A stretch of DNA of 64,000 nt from Octopus bimaculoides (GCF_001194135.2 NC_068982.1:170918211-170982210), one strand, 5' to 3'. Positions 48,332-62,496 are shown, counted from the stretch's first letter. A program made the numbers and translations. The notes: a model not told the origin generated them from the letters alone.

Positions 48332-51300
48332 NNNNNNNNNNNNNNNNNNNNNNNNNNNNNNNNNNNNNNNNNNNNNNNNNNNNNNNNNNNNNNNNNNNNN
48401 NNNNNNNNNNNNNNNNNNNNNNNNNNNNNNNNNNNNNNNNNNNNNNNNNNNNNNNNNNNNNNNNNNNNNNNNNNNNNNNNNNNNNNNNNNNNNNNNNNNN
48501 NNNNNNNNNNNNNNNNNNNNNNNNNNNNNNNNNNNNNNNNNNNNNNNNNNNNNNNNNNNNNNNNNNNNNNNNNNNNNNNNNNNNNNNNNNNNNNNNNNNN
48601 NNNNNNNNNNNNNNNNNNNNNNNNNNNNNNNNNNNNNNNNNNNNNNNNNNNNNNNNNNNNNNNNNNNNTATATATATATATAAACTTATATGTATATATA
48701 TGTGTGGGGGAGCTTATAAAAATGTACGTGTTTATGCATATTCATAAATACAGGTATGCATTAAATATCTTACATGTATGTGCATATATATATATAGAAA
48801 TGTAGAGAAAATACAGATGAATATTTTTATAAATAGATTAAGGCACACACACACACATACACACACGTACGCGCACACATATACACATGTAGGTGTCAGT
48901 AAGCGTATTTATTTGAGACATGCATATAATATACATATACATGTGTAAATATATGTGTTTAAGTCTATGTGTAATTATACGTGTGTCGCTATATTTATAA
49001 TTCTTTTCGCTTTTTAATAAACTGAAAGTCATTTATATATTCTTCTATTGAATTTTACATAGCGGTAGTTGCGTAATATTGTGTAAATATTACCATTCAC
49101 ACAGTGATATGAAATACATGTAATAACATATATTGACCCTTATCTTTAAATATGTACAAATAGTCTTCCATTCGTATTCATTATATATGCTCGTAGCACA
49201 TATGTATACACTAAATATGAAGATAAAACTTATTCGCCATGTACAGTTATGCAAACGTATAATTATAAACCGCTGTCAACGATATAAAGAAACAGTAAAT
49301 TTAACAAAAAATTATTCGCAGGGAAATATTGAATTTTAAGAAATAAACATACAATGCCCTTAGCATACATTGCTACAGAAAGACATCAACGCACGTACAC
49401 TAAAACATTATACATGATATGCGTTGGTATGTGTATTGTGTGAATATGTAGGCATGTATATNNNNNNNNNNGGATATATATTTATATATATATGCACAGA
49501 GGAAAATCAATCTCGTGTACAAATTGTCTAAAATATGCATAATCACTTAGTCATATTTAAAGAACTTATACTAGCAAAATGGATTCAATGAGAAACATAT
49601 GCTGCATGCATATCACACGCATACGCACATAGACACACACATAGTCACACACATACACACACTTTATATGTGTGTGTATATATATATAATCTAATACCTA
49701 TACATGTGCAAACTATAACATTTATTCAACTGCAATTTTAAGCTTGAGTCTTCTGTTTTGAAGCGAATGTACATGAGCGTTTACATATGGAAAATAATTT
49801 CTTTGGGTGTACTTGTGGTTGCACAGTTTACACATGTTTAATGCATTTCCTATGCAACGCATTTTCATAAATATTCGGTAGGGGTTGTTCTGTTCACAAA
49901 TATATAAACAGCACATACCTGCATATGTACATTGTAAAAAAATGCTTCTCTGCCATTTATTTACGGTAGAAATGTCTATTGCACACCATCCGTGATGAAT
50001 TGACAGCAATCAAAAATAGATACTTGATTTAATGGTGAATTTTGTCAGTATGCTGGTCGATTTTTTCTCGATAAAATGTTGAACTCAGTACTGTACACAA
50101 TGAACCCAGAATTTTATACAAGTAAGTAGGTAAAAACCGTTAATTATGTTGTACTCAGACGAGTAAGAGTTTTAGTTTTGGAAATGATGTTGCAGATATG
50201 AAAGAGAAAAGGTCTTATAAAACCTGCTGTTTTTATTTAAGAGAAATGTACCCAATAATTCACGAATTACACTGCAAAGGTTGTTCACTTTCAATCTAAG
50301 AGCAGGCGATTGCTACTAAATACCTAATCAACAGAAGAGACAGTGAAACCCTTGGTGTTCTAAGATGCAACTGTAAATGTATGTTGTTATATTTCTTTAG
50401 GAAGACATCGCGCACATGATTAGCACTTATCCTGTCTTTTCTATTGTTATTATCAGAGGACGTTTTTTGACGTACATCCAGTCTTAGTTCCAGATCACAT
50501 CATGCTATCTCGCCTTACTCGAGATTTACCACGTCTTCATCCAATTAGTGTTGTGCTTCCAAGCTTAAGCATTTTCCCTCAAAGTGCCAGGTTTGGGAAT
50601 TCTCTTCCACCTCTTTCTAGTCAAAAGTATAGCCATTCCTTTCATCTTCATTTTCCGCCTTTAATGTCCGTTTCACTAAGTGGCTTCACGCCTCATTGGG
50701 GTCTTTTTCTTTTCTAACAAAAATTGGCAACAGAAAAAAAAGCGAAAAGTAAACAGCTCAGTATTGCCGAAGAAAGTAAAATGCCGAGTAGTTAGAAATA
50801 ATGGAACTCTAAATAACGGATCTTCGTTTGCTTTTCAGACCTTGTAAATGTAACTCAATGAGTATAAATGTATACGTGTGTGGTACGTTCGTATAGTAGA
50901 TGGATATTTTAAAGTCCCACGCCGCACAATACACGAAACGATGACACTATGCTCGATGCAAATTCGGAGAGATGAACAATAATGTCAAACATAATGGAGA
51001 AGTTATCCATACGCAAAATCAAGCAGAAAATCCATACCAAAAAGGGGATGCACTCCATGTAATAATACCTCCTTTTGTAGGCGAATACATGATGAAAACT
51101 ATATTACATACATATATCCTAAACTTGGTTACACCGTACACAGCAATGGGAGAAATGCAGAGTCATATAATGCATTCCATTCACATTTCTGAATTACAGT
51201 ATACCGCTACTGGAAACGTCAATAAAGAGATTACTTATCATTTTTTCCAAGCTCACATGTTGATTATCGTATGCAAATACACATTCATACCACGCCCTCT

Positions 51301-51808
51301 CACTCGCCCTAACATTTCGACACTTATGTTATTCCTCGTTTACACCCAAACTTATTTCCACACCATATACAATCCTGCTTGTTAAACTGTCTCACTAGCT
51401 TAAATATATAATTTGTAATTTAATATTCTTTATCATTCGAAAAGCACGGATGTTTGATTTGTGTTTTCCCATAAACGTTTCAGAATATATATTTTCTCGT
51501 TTGTCTATCCCGGATATTAATACGGTGCACTGGACGGTAGAAATAATTTCAAAAAGGAGTCACTTGGTTCATTTATGATTCAAAGTAATTTCATAATATA
51601 TATTGAAGTAAAACTTAACAGAAAAGGATGAGAGTTTTAGTCGGATATCTTTGTTATTCATCACAGAAACGTTTGTAGACGTGACTTTTTAAAATGTTTA
51701 TTGAATTTTTTCCAGAACTGAAGCTTATTTCTAAATAATACTTTGCATATATGTATCTATGTATGCATTTTTCTTTGTTTCTTTGTTTCTTTTCTTTCTT
51801 TATATATG

Positions 51809-51856
<48 letters not shown>

Positions 51857-52579
51857 CTCTATATTTTTCATGTATATGTACGTATATATATTTACCTACA
51901 TATGTATATGCATACACATGCACATATGACTGTGTTTGTGCGTGTTTGGCGTGTTTGTGTATGCTTGCTTGCGTATCTGTGTGTGTGTGTGTGTGTGTGT
52001 ATGTGTGTGTGTGTGTGCGTGTGTGTGTGTGTGTGTGTATTTTTCTTAGGTTGAAAATAAAACAAGAACACTGAAAACCGAGAGATAAAAACTGTCGTTT
52101 GTTCGTAGCCTGTTAGAACAAGACAAAAGAATAAAAAAATAAAAGAGAAGTAAAAGAGGAAAAGAAAAATTAATAAAAGGAAAGAGAAGTGCTAGTCAAA
52201 ATGTTTTGTATAAATGTGAGAAAACTATTCCATCATTTTCTTCATCTCCAAGCAGGGGTACGACGCCTGTAATTCATATGTTTTCAGGACCCAAATTTCA
52301 GTGGAGTTTCAGTATTTTCTGAGAATTTGTACTCTGATGTGTTTGTCAACGGTTAAAATCGTTTGTGTAAAAATGGTCAGCTCGTTCCATCGAAGGAGTG
52401 TCATTGAATGTGACGTCATACCTATAAACATTAAAATAGTGTTTCATTTTTCTGTTGTGCAAGCAACATAAATCAAGTTGTCTTTGGTGTATTCAGCAGC
52501 ATACACCGAATAAGAGTTGTTACATCTCCCGCGATCTGTAATGAATCACAATATTTGTTTTCGAATTTGTGATGAAATT

Positions 52580-53130
52580 GAATTGACTCATGAAGTTGCA
52601 CAATGAACAGAGCTTTCATCTTTTTCAGGGTTGATAAAATAAAGAACTAATCAATTACCGGGATCGTTGTTATCGATTAATGCCTCTTTTAAAATCCATG
52701 ACCGTGTGCCAAAAATTGAATCTATAACCGAGTCAATCCGGTAGAATTGTTAGCACGTCGGAGAAATGATTAGTGAAATTTTGTTTCGGTTCTTTCCATT
52801 TCGAGATCAAACTCCGATGTAGTCAAAATTTTCTTTCATCTTTTCGGGTTCAATAAAATAAATAACAGTTGAGACATTGATGTCGTTGTAATCGACTTAA
52901 CCTCTCCCTATAAATTTACTAGACTTGTGTCAAAACCGGAAACCAATATAAGGCAGCGAGCAGCAAGAAGCATTGACAGACAGCTAACTGACAAATACGT
53001 TGGCGCATCGGATAAAATGTTTAACAACATTTCTTCAGGCGCTTTACATTCTCAGTTCAAATCGCACACTCGTCGAATTTCTTAGCGCATTTTGGTTGTT
53101 GAAACAAAATGCCAGTCATGTACTGGCCTC
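52580..53130 (+). mobile_element. Three head-to-tail diverged SINE copies (Meta-like)
   Basis: Repeated ctttcatcttttcggg..gataaaata core and gtagaattgttagcac / aaggcagcgag heads. Confidence 0.7.
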
Positions 53131-53159
53131 GTAGCACAATTACAGAAATATGCAATTAC

Positions 53160-53845
53160 TATTGTTTTTTTAATTAAAACTCTCAGCTTACTTTGCTAGG
53201 TATGATGGGAAGCATCAGCTGTTGACAGCCAGCAGACTAAGGTGACACTTGTTTCCTGATCATGCTTCAAGAATCCTGCGGAGAACTCTCGCATTTCCAA
53301 GCAATGAAGATTTTTGTAAATGTTCTCTTTTTACATCTGTACCAATCATTTTCAGCCGCGTTTGTAGTTGAACGCTGATACTTCTAAGCGCGCCAATTAC
53401 TACAGGTATCACGTCCACCTGCTTCATTGCAACAAAGTGCGTATTTCACTTTTTCTCTTTCTTTGTCTTTGTTCCTGTTGTAACGGGAATTCTGTGTCAA
53501 TGTCATACAATTTTTTCTTTTTTGTTCACCGCAGTAATGTCCGGTTCCCGATGTTTGATATGATGATAACACTGCATCATTGCATCCCACAGGATTTTGT
53601 TGTCTTCATTTTCGGTAACTCCTTCTTGTATATGGCCATACCAGGTCTTTGCTCTTTGTAGGGCCTGATTTCCATAGAGCTGCCTATAGATCATTCTTGC
53701 CACATTGACATGTCGTCTTTTGTAATCCTGTTGTGCCAGTTTCGGGCATTCGCTAAAAATGTGCTATGCCCCTCTCACCACACATTTTGCGTTTGTCGCT
53801 CTCAGTTGTGTTGTCAATTCTGCGCTTCACATATTTTCGTCCTTA
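53160..53845 (-). mobile_element. 5'-truncated R4/Dong-like element (CCHC and REL end, 3' UTR)
   Basis: ARMIYRQL..WYGHIQEGVTENEDNKILWD..HREPDI and LQKSSLLGNARILRRILE; same family as 25533-26712. Confidence 0.85.
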
Positions 53846-53849
53846 GCTA

Positions 53850-54600
53850 AAAGCACCAGGGACACATGACTACATGAGCTAAAGGCTACACTCATCAGCA
53901 GGATTTACCCACCATCACTAATTGATATAGGTTTTAAAGTGCCCTACAACTCAACATACACGAACTCAGTTATCTCAAACTAAAGAACGAATTACATCCA
54001 AAAAGTCCTACCATACATATCCACACACAACCTTCTAAGGAATGAGGCCTTGGACATCATCCTCCAGAACATTCCTTTACTAAAAAGGGACCATAGAATG
54101 AATCGAATCCTCCAAACGTACACCATCATAAAAAGCAAAAGACAACCCAAGAAAATGAAAAGCATTCTAACACAGGCCCAAGTACACTTGTCATCAACAT
54201 CGAAACCGACAGTAAAGAAATGCGTAAGACCTAACTGTGGTATATGCGTCAACCTAATTGAGGGATCGGAGTTCTCCTTCAAACAGATTCAACGTTTTAC
54301 AGTGAAAAACAACTGCACACGTGCTTCGGAAAACCTGATATACGTGTTAACTTGCTCAGGGTGTTGAAAGCAATACATTGGTGAAACTAAAAACAGTCAA
54401 CGCCAAAGGATGACCGTACGTAGATTAAAATACGGGAATAGAGAGAAATAACATTAAGTAAACGCATGGACATTTGCGCCACTAATGAATAACCCAACTT
54501 TAGAATTTTTCCCTCTATAAATTTAGGGACAATACAATCTCTAATCAGCGCATCAGTAAAGAATTATATGTTATCGCAAAATATAAATCACTTTTGAATG
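53850..54600 (+). mobile_element. Penelope-like element 3' part with GIY-YIG endonuclease
   Basis: KSKRQPKKMKSILT, CVRPNCGIC, NLIYVLTCSGC*KQYIGET..QRQRM; ends ..KYKSLLN. Confidence 0.9.
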
Positions 54601-55371
54601 CTTCCACCACCGATTACACTACTTCAAGGATCTTAGAATAATACCCAAAGAAATATTAAAAACGATAGATATATTGAGAACAGTCGGTACCCATGAATTT
54701 ATTTAGAACAGTTCCCACCACTACTTCTGCAACTACAACCGGTCACTTTTATGTCACTTGACCATTAAAGTGGATTCCACGGACAGCCTGTACTATTGGG
54801 CCATACCACTCCCGTCTTCTTTCTTCTTCTTCTTCTTCTTCTTCTTCTTCTTCTTCTTCTTCTTCTTCTTCTTCTTCTTCTTCTTCTTCTTCTTCTTCTT
54901 CTTCTTCTTCNNNNNNNNNNNNNNNNNNNNNNNNNNNNNNNNNNNNNNNNNNNNNNNNNNNNNNNNNNNNNNNNNNNNNNNNNNNNNNNNNNNNNNNNNN
55001 NNNNNNNNNNNNNNNNNNNNNNNNNNNNNNNNNNNNNNNNNNNNNNNNNNNNNNNNNNNNNNNNNNNNNNNNNNNNNNNNNNNNNNNNNNNNNNNNNNNN
55101 NNNNNNNNNNNNNNNNNNNNNNNNNNNNNNNNNNNNNNNNNNNNNNNNNNNNNNNNNNNNNNNNNNNNNNNNNNNNNNNNNNNNNNNNNNNNNNNNNNNN
55201 NNNNNNNNNNNNNNNNNNNNNNNNNNNNNNNNNNNNNNNNNNNNNNNNNNNNNNNNNNNNNNNNNNNNNNNNNNNNNNNNNNNNNNNNNNNNNNNNNNNN
55301 NNNNNNNNNNNNNNNNNNNNNNNNNNNNNNNNNNNNNNNNNNNNNNNNNNNNNNNNNNNNNNNNNNNNNNN

Positions 55372-55415
<44 letters not shown>

Positions 55416-56559
55416 TGTGTCTGTGTATAAACAAATATATGTATGTATGTATGTGTGTGTGTGTATTTTGATAAATGCTCATATGGACAGATGTGTATGC
55501 AATATATACCTACACACTTTGCACTGTGATGATTCATCCTATTGTTTCTAAATCATATACATTCCAATTGATTGAAATTCTGAGATCACAGTTTCTGTGT
55601 CACCTCGTGTTATGAAATATGAATCATTCCTGAGCGTGTCAAGGAAAGATAATCTGAAAACACCAGCCACTGAACCCCTGCTGTAGATAATAAAAGTAAC
55701 TTCCTAGCTTTCGTTATCACTGTAATATGCCAAAGTATTAGATCTATTACTTAAGCAATTTAAAAAAGCAACCATTTTCTTCTATTATTTTCTTTCGTAG
55801 TTAAGCAAAAAAAAAAAAAAACCCCACAAAAAAAACAACCAAAATGAGAGTAAATCGTATATTTCAGTATTTAATTAAATTATATTACTACGCATAGTTA
55901 TGACTGTATCATATAAGCCTTCTTAATCAAATATAATCTACTTGTGATCCTAACTTGTGCAAATATACATTGACAATTTTATAAAAAAGTGGTAGATGGG
56001 AATCTGTAGGATAACACCGCTTATAAGAAATGAGATCTGCAGTTAGTAAACCCTATATTAATAATACTGTAAATAATCACGGGTATATAACAAAATTTGA
56101 CTCTGACACTTTATATGTAAAGACATAAATGAGTTATGAATAATTAAATATATTTCAGGCTACAGCTACATCGTAATTACAGACACAATTCTGTTTTTTT
56201 TTTATTACAACTTTAAGGCAACAGAAATTCTTGTGGTGTCAGAAAATTGTTATTTTTTTTCTAATTTATTTATTTTTGATTTTTATTAAAGTTAACTTAA
56301 ACAGCAAATGTTTTTAAAATAGTGATATAATGAAACAATAATAATCTTTTTATTGCTAACAATTGAGCCATATAAGGCATAAAGAAATAATTTATTCTTT
56401 TAATTGGAATCTATGGATGTACAACTGTTTGGGTGTGGTTATANNNNNNNNNNNNNNNNNNNNNNNNNNNNNNNNNNNNNNNNNNNNNNNNNNNNNNNNN
56501 NNNNNNNNNNNNNNNNNNNNNNNNNNNNNNNNNNNNNATATATATATATATAATTATAT

Positions 56560-56698
56560 ATGGAGACGCGTAACTTAGTGGCTAACGTGTTGGACTAATG
56601 GTCGTAAGCCTGTGGTTTTAAGTTGCTCTTGTCCACTCAGCTAATTGAAATGAGTAATTTGAGACTGACCGGCATTCCGACTAGCTGGGGAATACATA
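56560..56698 (+). mobile_element. tRNA-derived SINE, internally deleted
   Basis: ggagacgcgtaacttagtggctaacgtgttggact head and gtccactcagct core. Confidence 0.6.
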
Positions 56699-56700
56699 TA

Positions 56701-57545
56701 CGAGAGCTGTTCGTTCAATATTTCCCCTGACCCACTTCCAGTTTTTCCAGGAAACGTCACATCGTAAACTGCAGCTTTCCACTAGTATTTGTTTGTCACT
56801 AACGGCTGCTGAAGTGGACTGAGGTATTATAATGAAGGCAGTTGAATGCAGATCAGTGATCAAGTTCTAATACTTGAAATGTCGTACATCAAAAGAGACT
56901 TTCGATGAGATGAAAGAAGTTTATGGTGGTGATGCACTAAAATACGGCGTATTCAAGCTCTGGCATCACCAGTTCAAATGTGGAAACTGCTCCTATTCCT
57001 CGACGATCATATTCCGCCATTGATGACGACATCATCCATAAAGTGGAAGTTGCCATTTTGGAGGATCACCGCATAACTATTCGGCAACTATCCCAAGGTC
57101 CGTGGAAAAAAACATTCACGACCATTTACATATGCGGAGGTTGTCTGGATGATAGATTCCCCGGATACTCACACCTTTTCAGAAGCAGCAACGAGTCAAT
57201 TACTCACTAGCCCTCAGCAAGGTGATGCTCACAGTCTTTTGAGACCCTTGCGGAGTAGTGAGGATGGATGTTTTGGTGAAGGGCACCACAATTAACGGGG
57301 AATATGCTTCTCTGCTGCAGAAATTTCAGGACGCCATCAAGACAGACTTGCATGGCATGCTGACCAAAGGGCTTCGTCTCCTCTAACACAATGCCCCAGG
57401 TCGCAATGCGCATGTTACCCAGATGAATGCTCACTCCAGTGGCTTTGAAATCCTTCATCATTCCGCTTACTCACCCGATCGCCCACCATCAAACTTCCAT
57501 TTCTTTCCGATCATGCAGTCTTTTTGAAGGGAAAGACTTTTCTGA
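56701..57545 (+). mobile_element. Mariner (irritans-like) with internal deletion and missing 3' end
   Basis: TA|CGAGAGCTGTTC left end; MKAVECRSVIKF*YLK, IPRILTPFQKQQRV, KVMLTVF*D..GVV, HNAPG, HSAYSPDRPPSNFHFFP. Confidence 0.85.
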
Positions 57546-57707
57546 GATTGTTAGACAATCATTTCACACACACACACACACATAGATACAGGCATTTATT
57601 TAACAGACACAACCTTTAGCTGTGCACCTAACCTAAAACAACATTTTAACAAGTACCTACAATACAAGGGAGGAGGCAACGTAGAAATTTAAAAATTTTG
57701 TCTTTCT

Positions 57708-57767
57708 GTAGAATCTGACGAGGACAAGGCTTTGGGTTTGTGGATGCAAAACTTTGGGTAACTCTAC
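57708..57767 (+). ncRNA. Candidate degenerate type I hammerhead ribozyme
   Basis: GTAGAAT-CTGACGA-G...C-AAAA-C TTTGG G-TA/ACTCTAC. Stem I pairs 6/7, there is one core change (G12 to A at a CpG), and stem II is weak. Confidence 0.4.
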
Positions 57768-58585
57768 GTCCAAGATATAAAATTTTGTGGTAAATATATA
57801 TATATATATATATATAGGTCAGAGGAAAGTGCAACGGAGCACTTAAACCATTGTTCTACTGAGTCGTAAGAGCTAAGAAACTTACCAGTAAAATACATTT
57901 TATACGTGATTTAAAACATTTGTGTATCAGTCTCAAGAATAATATGCGTTGTGTATAGAATGCATTATTTTTATTGACTTCCTTTTATACTATATCTGAC
58001 AACCATCTCACGGACAAATATTGAGTAAATAGCGAATGACTTCGATTTCTTTCCATAGATAACGCGAGAAATATGTAATTCGTAACTGAATAATAGGAGT
58101 CACCATATATATGATATATATGCCGTCATGATTATACTATCTAAATCATCATATTATTTTTTTGCATGTATTTAAATATGGACTAGTGTTTATTAATATT
58201 GCAGACATGCTTTGTATTTATAATATTAATGAGTTGATACTCTTTTAGCAGTAATACATTCCCTAGTTTGCTTGCTTTTTCTGTCCATCAATATCTCTCC
58301 CTGTTCGTTTACACATATGCGTCAATACACATCCATATACGCACTCATACACAAATGCATACACATTTGTAATAAAATCTTGTTTATTACGCATTTCATT
58401 ACATTATTTATGCTTTTGACTCTAGTTGAAGTAGTTTAACCAAAGAAGTAATGTGAGCTATTGCACTTTCTCCTTTTTTCCTTCCTTCCTTCATTATTTT
58501 TTTCTTTTTTCGTTTATATTATATTGATGCGAAAGAACAAAGAAAAAGAAAATACGAAATACGTAATAAAATTTAATATATTTCA

Positions 58586-58945
58586 TATAGGCGCAGTAGC
58601 TGTGTGGTAAGAAGTTTGCTTCTCGAGCACATAGTTTCAAGTTCAGTTCCACTTGAGCAAGTGTCTTTTTCTATAGCCTCGGACCAACCAAAGCTTTGTG
58701 AATTAATTTGGTAGACGGAAACTGAAAGAAACTCATCGTATATGTATGTATGTATGTGTCTTTCTGTTTGTATTTGACCCCACTATCTCGGTAACTTAGC
58801 GGTTCTGCAAAGGAGGTCAATAGAATAAATACCCTTAAAGAAAAATAAATATGTACTGGGGTCGTTTCATTTTATGAAAGAAAATTCAAGTCAGTGTGTC
58901 TGCAGGGCCGCAGTCTAAGGACTGAATAGAGATAAAAGAGAATTA
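58586..58945 (+). mobile_element. tRNA-derived SINE, full length
   Basis: taggcgcag..gctgtgtggtaagaagtttgcttc head, tatagcctcggaccaaccaaagc..ggtagacggaaactgaaagaa, internal TG/TA run, 3' half with LINE-like tail. Confidence 0.85.
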
Positions 58946-60344
58946 TAAATTTCATTTAAACCTTACATTAATAAGTTTCGTCATGATCATTAGTGAGAAA
59001 ACAGTATATGAAATAACGCCGTTGGTGTTGTATCAAAGACCACGACGTTGTTAGGAAGTTGAAACGAATCAAGGAAAAATAACTCAAAAAGGAATGGTCT
59101 TTGGGAAAACTTAAAACCCAGAAGCAGAACAGTACTAAATTTAACAATATAATTGTGTATATCGTACGTATTTCACAAATTACAGCACGGTGTGCTTTCA
59201 TGTTACAGCTAATGAAACTCTTCAAATTTTGAAATTAAATAAAAGAAGTGCAATTGACTTACACAATGACACATACGACAGGTAGATAGATAATAAAACA
59301 TAAGGTATGAAATGTAAACTTAATTCTGATAATATATATTATAAATTATATATATTTCGTGATGATTTTTTTCGGTCTATTTATATTTACTAATCACCAA
59401 TTCTTATTACTGTACATACATAAATACATTTTGCTGTATTGCATTATAAACATAGATATTAAGTGTATATATTAAAATACATATGACTACATGTATACAC
59501 ACAGGCAGAAACATACACAAACATACATGCACTCATATACGTATATATACATATATATATTCAAAGTATATATAAAATCTTAATATACTCAGTATTATGT
59601 GCCTTCAAGCAATATATATTTCATTATATGAATGAATATGTATTTCCTATGTACGGGAGAAGTCTTCGAGAAAGATTTTGTTGTATGGCTCGAGGTTGAC
59701 TTACATATAGTGGATAAAATTAGGTAGATTAAAATGAGCTGAAACCGGACTAAAGAAATATCACTCAAATTCAAAGTGCAACATTGCCAAAACATGTTAT
59801 GTTGATTACTGCGAAAATTACATTAAAGATACACGTTATCATCTTCGGAATTCTCAGTAACATCCGCACTAAACGTTTCACTTTTCGAGCAGCTCTAAAG
59901 TCTCGGGAAATTCTAATCCTAATCCATTTCATTAATCACATATATGCACACGCTCACAAGCATAAAGACACACACACAAACACACACACACACTCACACA
60001 CACACACAAACACACACACTCTCACACACACACACACACACGCAATTAGACACCCAGACACAGACGTAAGCGCAAACACAAACAACAGCACACGCTCGAA
60101 AGTGTATATAACTGAAATTTACAGAGAACAGAAGACGAAGACAGGTGAGGGAACAGCAATAAAGTGTATTAATTTGACGCTCGGTAGGAATGGAAAAGTG
60201 TTTGACGTTTCAAGCCTAGTATCTTTGACTAGAAAGGGTCGAGAAAAAAATATAGAGAGAGAAAAAAAAGGGAGAGAAAAGGAAATGAAATGGAGCGAAA
60301 GAAAATGTGAAGAGGTTAACGGTTAACATGATGAAATCACGTGA

Positions 60345-60399
<55 letters not shown>

Positions 60400-60789
60400 C
60401 ATATATAAGGATATAACTGTTAATAATTTACAATGATATGAGTGGCTAGCATGAATAAAAGAACCATCAAGGCAAAACTATGAATTAATAATGAAGGGTG
60501 CTAATTGTAGTACCAGCATGGTAAAGATAGCATTCAAAACAACCAAAATTCACAGATTTTACTTATACACAAGAGCGAAATCGACAAAATGGTAGTAAAA
60601 TTTTAAGACCCCGTACCATAGACGAAAAGATTTGAACATAAAATCAGACATACCCGTATCACAGTGATTTCGAAGTTTGTGCATGATCACTTTGTTCTCG
60701 TCACTGAGTAATACTGACCCAGGGCCAAAAGTTCCGACCTTGTGTGCAGATGAAAACCGTGGTCTTGAGTCGCTTTGACTGTTATCTTT

Positions 60790-61100
60790 AGCGGTGATCG
60801 GATTATCTTGAACGAGATTTCAAGATAAGCCAATCAATGGAACAACCGGTTCGTGAAATCAACATGCAGGTGACTGAACACTTTACAGATACACATACTA
60901 ATACACAGTCCTCAAAAACATTCAGCGTTACACAGAGCGTGAAAATGTCGACCCTTTTATATACTGGTACTACGCACTTTTGCCAGCCCAGTGGACTGGA
61001 GGAACGTGAAATGAATCGGATTGCTGAAGGATACAATGCGCCGCCGGGAATCGAACTCGAGGCTTCTCAAACGCGAGTCGAATACCCTAACCACTGTCAC
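60790..61100 (-). mobile_element. tRNA-derived SINE, full length
   Basis: Minus strand A-box gtggttagggt and B-box gagttcgattccc, followed by non-tRNA body; no complete cloverleaf. Confidence 0.8.
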
Positions 61101-61114
61101 ATCATCCACACAGG

Positions 61115-61148
<34 letters not shown>

Positions 61149-61485
61149 NNNNNNNNNNNNNNNNNNNNNNNNNNNNNNNNNNNNNNNNNNNNNNNNNNNN
61201 NNNNNNNNNNNNNNNNNNNNNNNNNNNNNNNNNNNNNNNNNNNNNNNNNNNNNNNNNNNNNNNNNNNNNNNNNNNNNNNNNNNNNNNNNNNNNNNNNNNN
61301 NNNNNNNNNNNNNNNNNNNNNNNNNNNNNNNNNNNNNNNNNNNNNNNNNNNNNNNNNNNNNNNNNNNNNNNNNNNNNNNNNNNNNNNNNNNNNNNNNNNN
61401 NNNNNNNNNNNNNNNNNNNNNNNNNNNNNNNNNNNNNNNNNNNNNNNNNNNNNNNNNNNNNNNNNNNNNNNATATATGTGTGTGT

Positions 61486-61516
<31 letters not shown>

Positions 61517-61517
61517 C

Positions 61518-61549
<32 letters not shown>

Positions 61550-61569
61550 GTTTGTGTGTTTGTATGTAT

Positions 61570-61780
61570 ATCTACGTGTGTGAATGTCATTCTGTTTGCG
61601 TTTGTCTCCGCACCACAACTTTGAAAACCGGTGTTGGTGTGTTTTCATCGACGTAACATAGTGGTTCGTCAAATGATATCGACATAATAAGTAGCAAGCT
61701 TAAAAAATAAGTACTGGGATCGATTTATTTGACTAAAAGCTGAAGGCGGTGCCCCATCATGGCTGTAGTTTAATGACACC
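61570..61780 (+). mobile_element. SINE 3' half after (TG)n, with CR1-like tail
   Basis: aaccggtgttggtgtgttt..cgtaacatagtggttcg..aataagtactgggatcgatt..aaggcggtgcccc. Confidence 0.8.
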
Positions 61781-62495
61781 CACCAACACCCCCACACACA
61801 CAAACACGTACACACACATATATATAGAAATATATGTGTGTGTATATAATTTCAAGTATGTGTGTCTTCAAGCAATGTCTCGAATAAAATGTATATATAT
61901 GCGTGTGTCAATATATGTTGATATGTGAGCACATACGGATATGTGCATGTGTGTGTCTGAGTAAAGTGTTTTTAAAAGAGATTATTGAGTACGAGTGTTC
62001 GTAATTGCATACATCATAAATATGTGACCGCCTGCGCGTGAATTTTAAAATTTTAATAATCTTACTCCATAACTCAAGTCAAGCATTCACAGTATTAGTT
62101 TTATTAGATTGTATGTATTTTTTTTATATTGTATTACGTTCTTCTTGCTCTCTCCTTTTTCGTCTCTCTTTCCCTGTCCCTTCCCGCATCTCTCTCGAAA
62201 TCTGCATTTCAGTAACCAATATTATTCTGTAATAGGTTTTCTATTTATATACATTCATGTTTATGATGAAATATATAATATTAAGTATATTATAAACTTT
62301 TTCAGCATTATATAACTTTCTGTACTGTATTGCACCACATCGTCCTTGCGTCACTAAGCATTACTGTGTCATAATTTATTTTCTGATACATCAAAACAGC
62401 TACATAGCTTTCTTTTAAAAAGTCTCCTAACCTCAAGTTTCTCAATTTCATGCCTTCTAAGTTTATCTAACATTACCTGCTTGAAGATTTATTTA

Positions 62496-62496
<1 letters not shown>

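Noticed and set aside
61040-61100. tRNA gene (clear A and B boxes)
   Set aside because: No acceptor stem or full cloverleaf and it continues into a SINE body; the same applies to the other tRNA-like heads.
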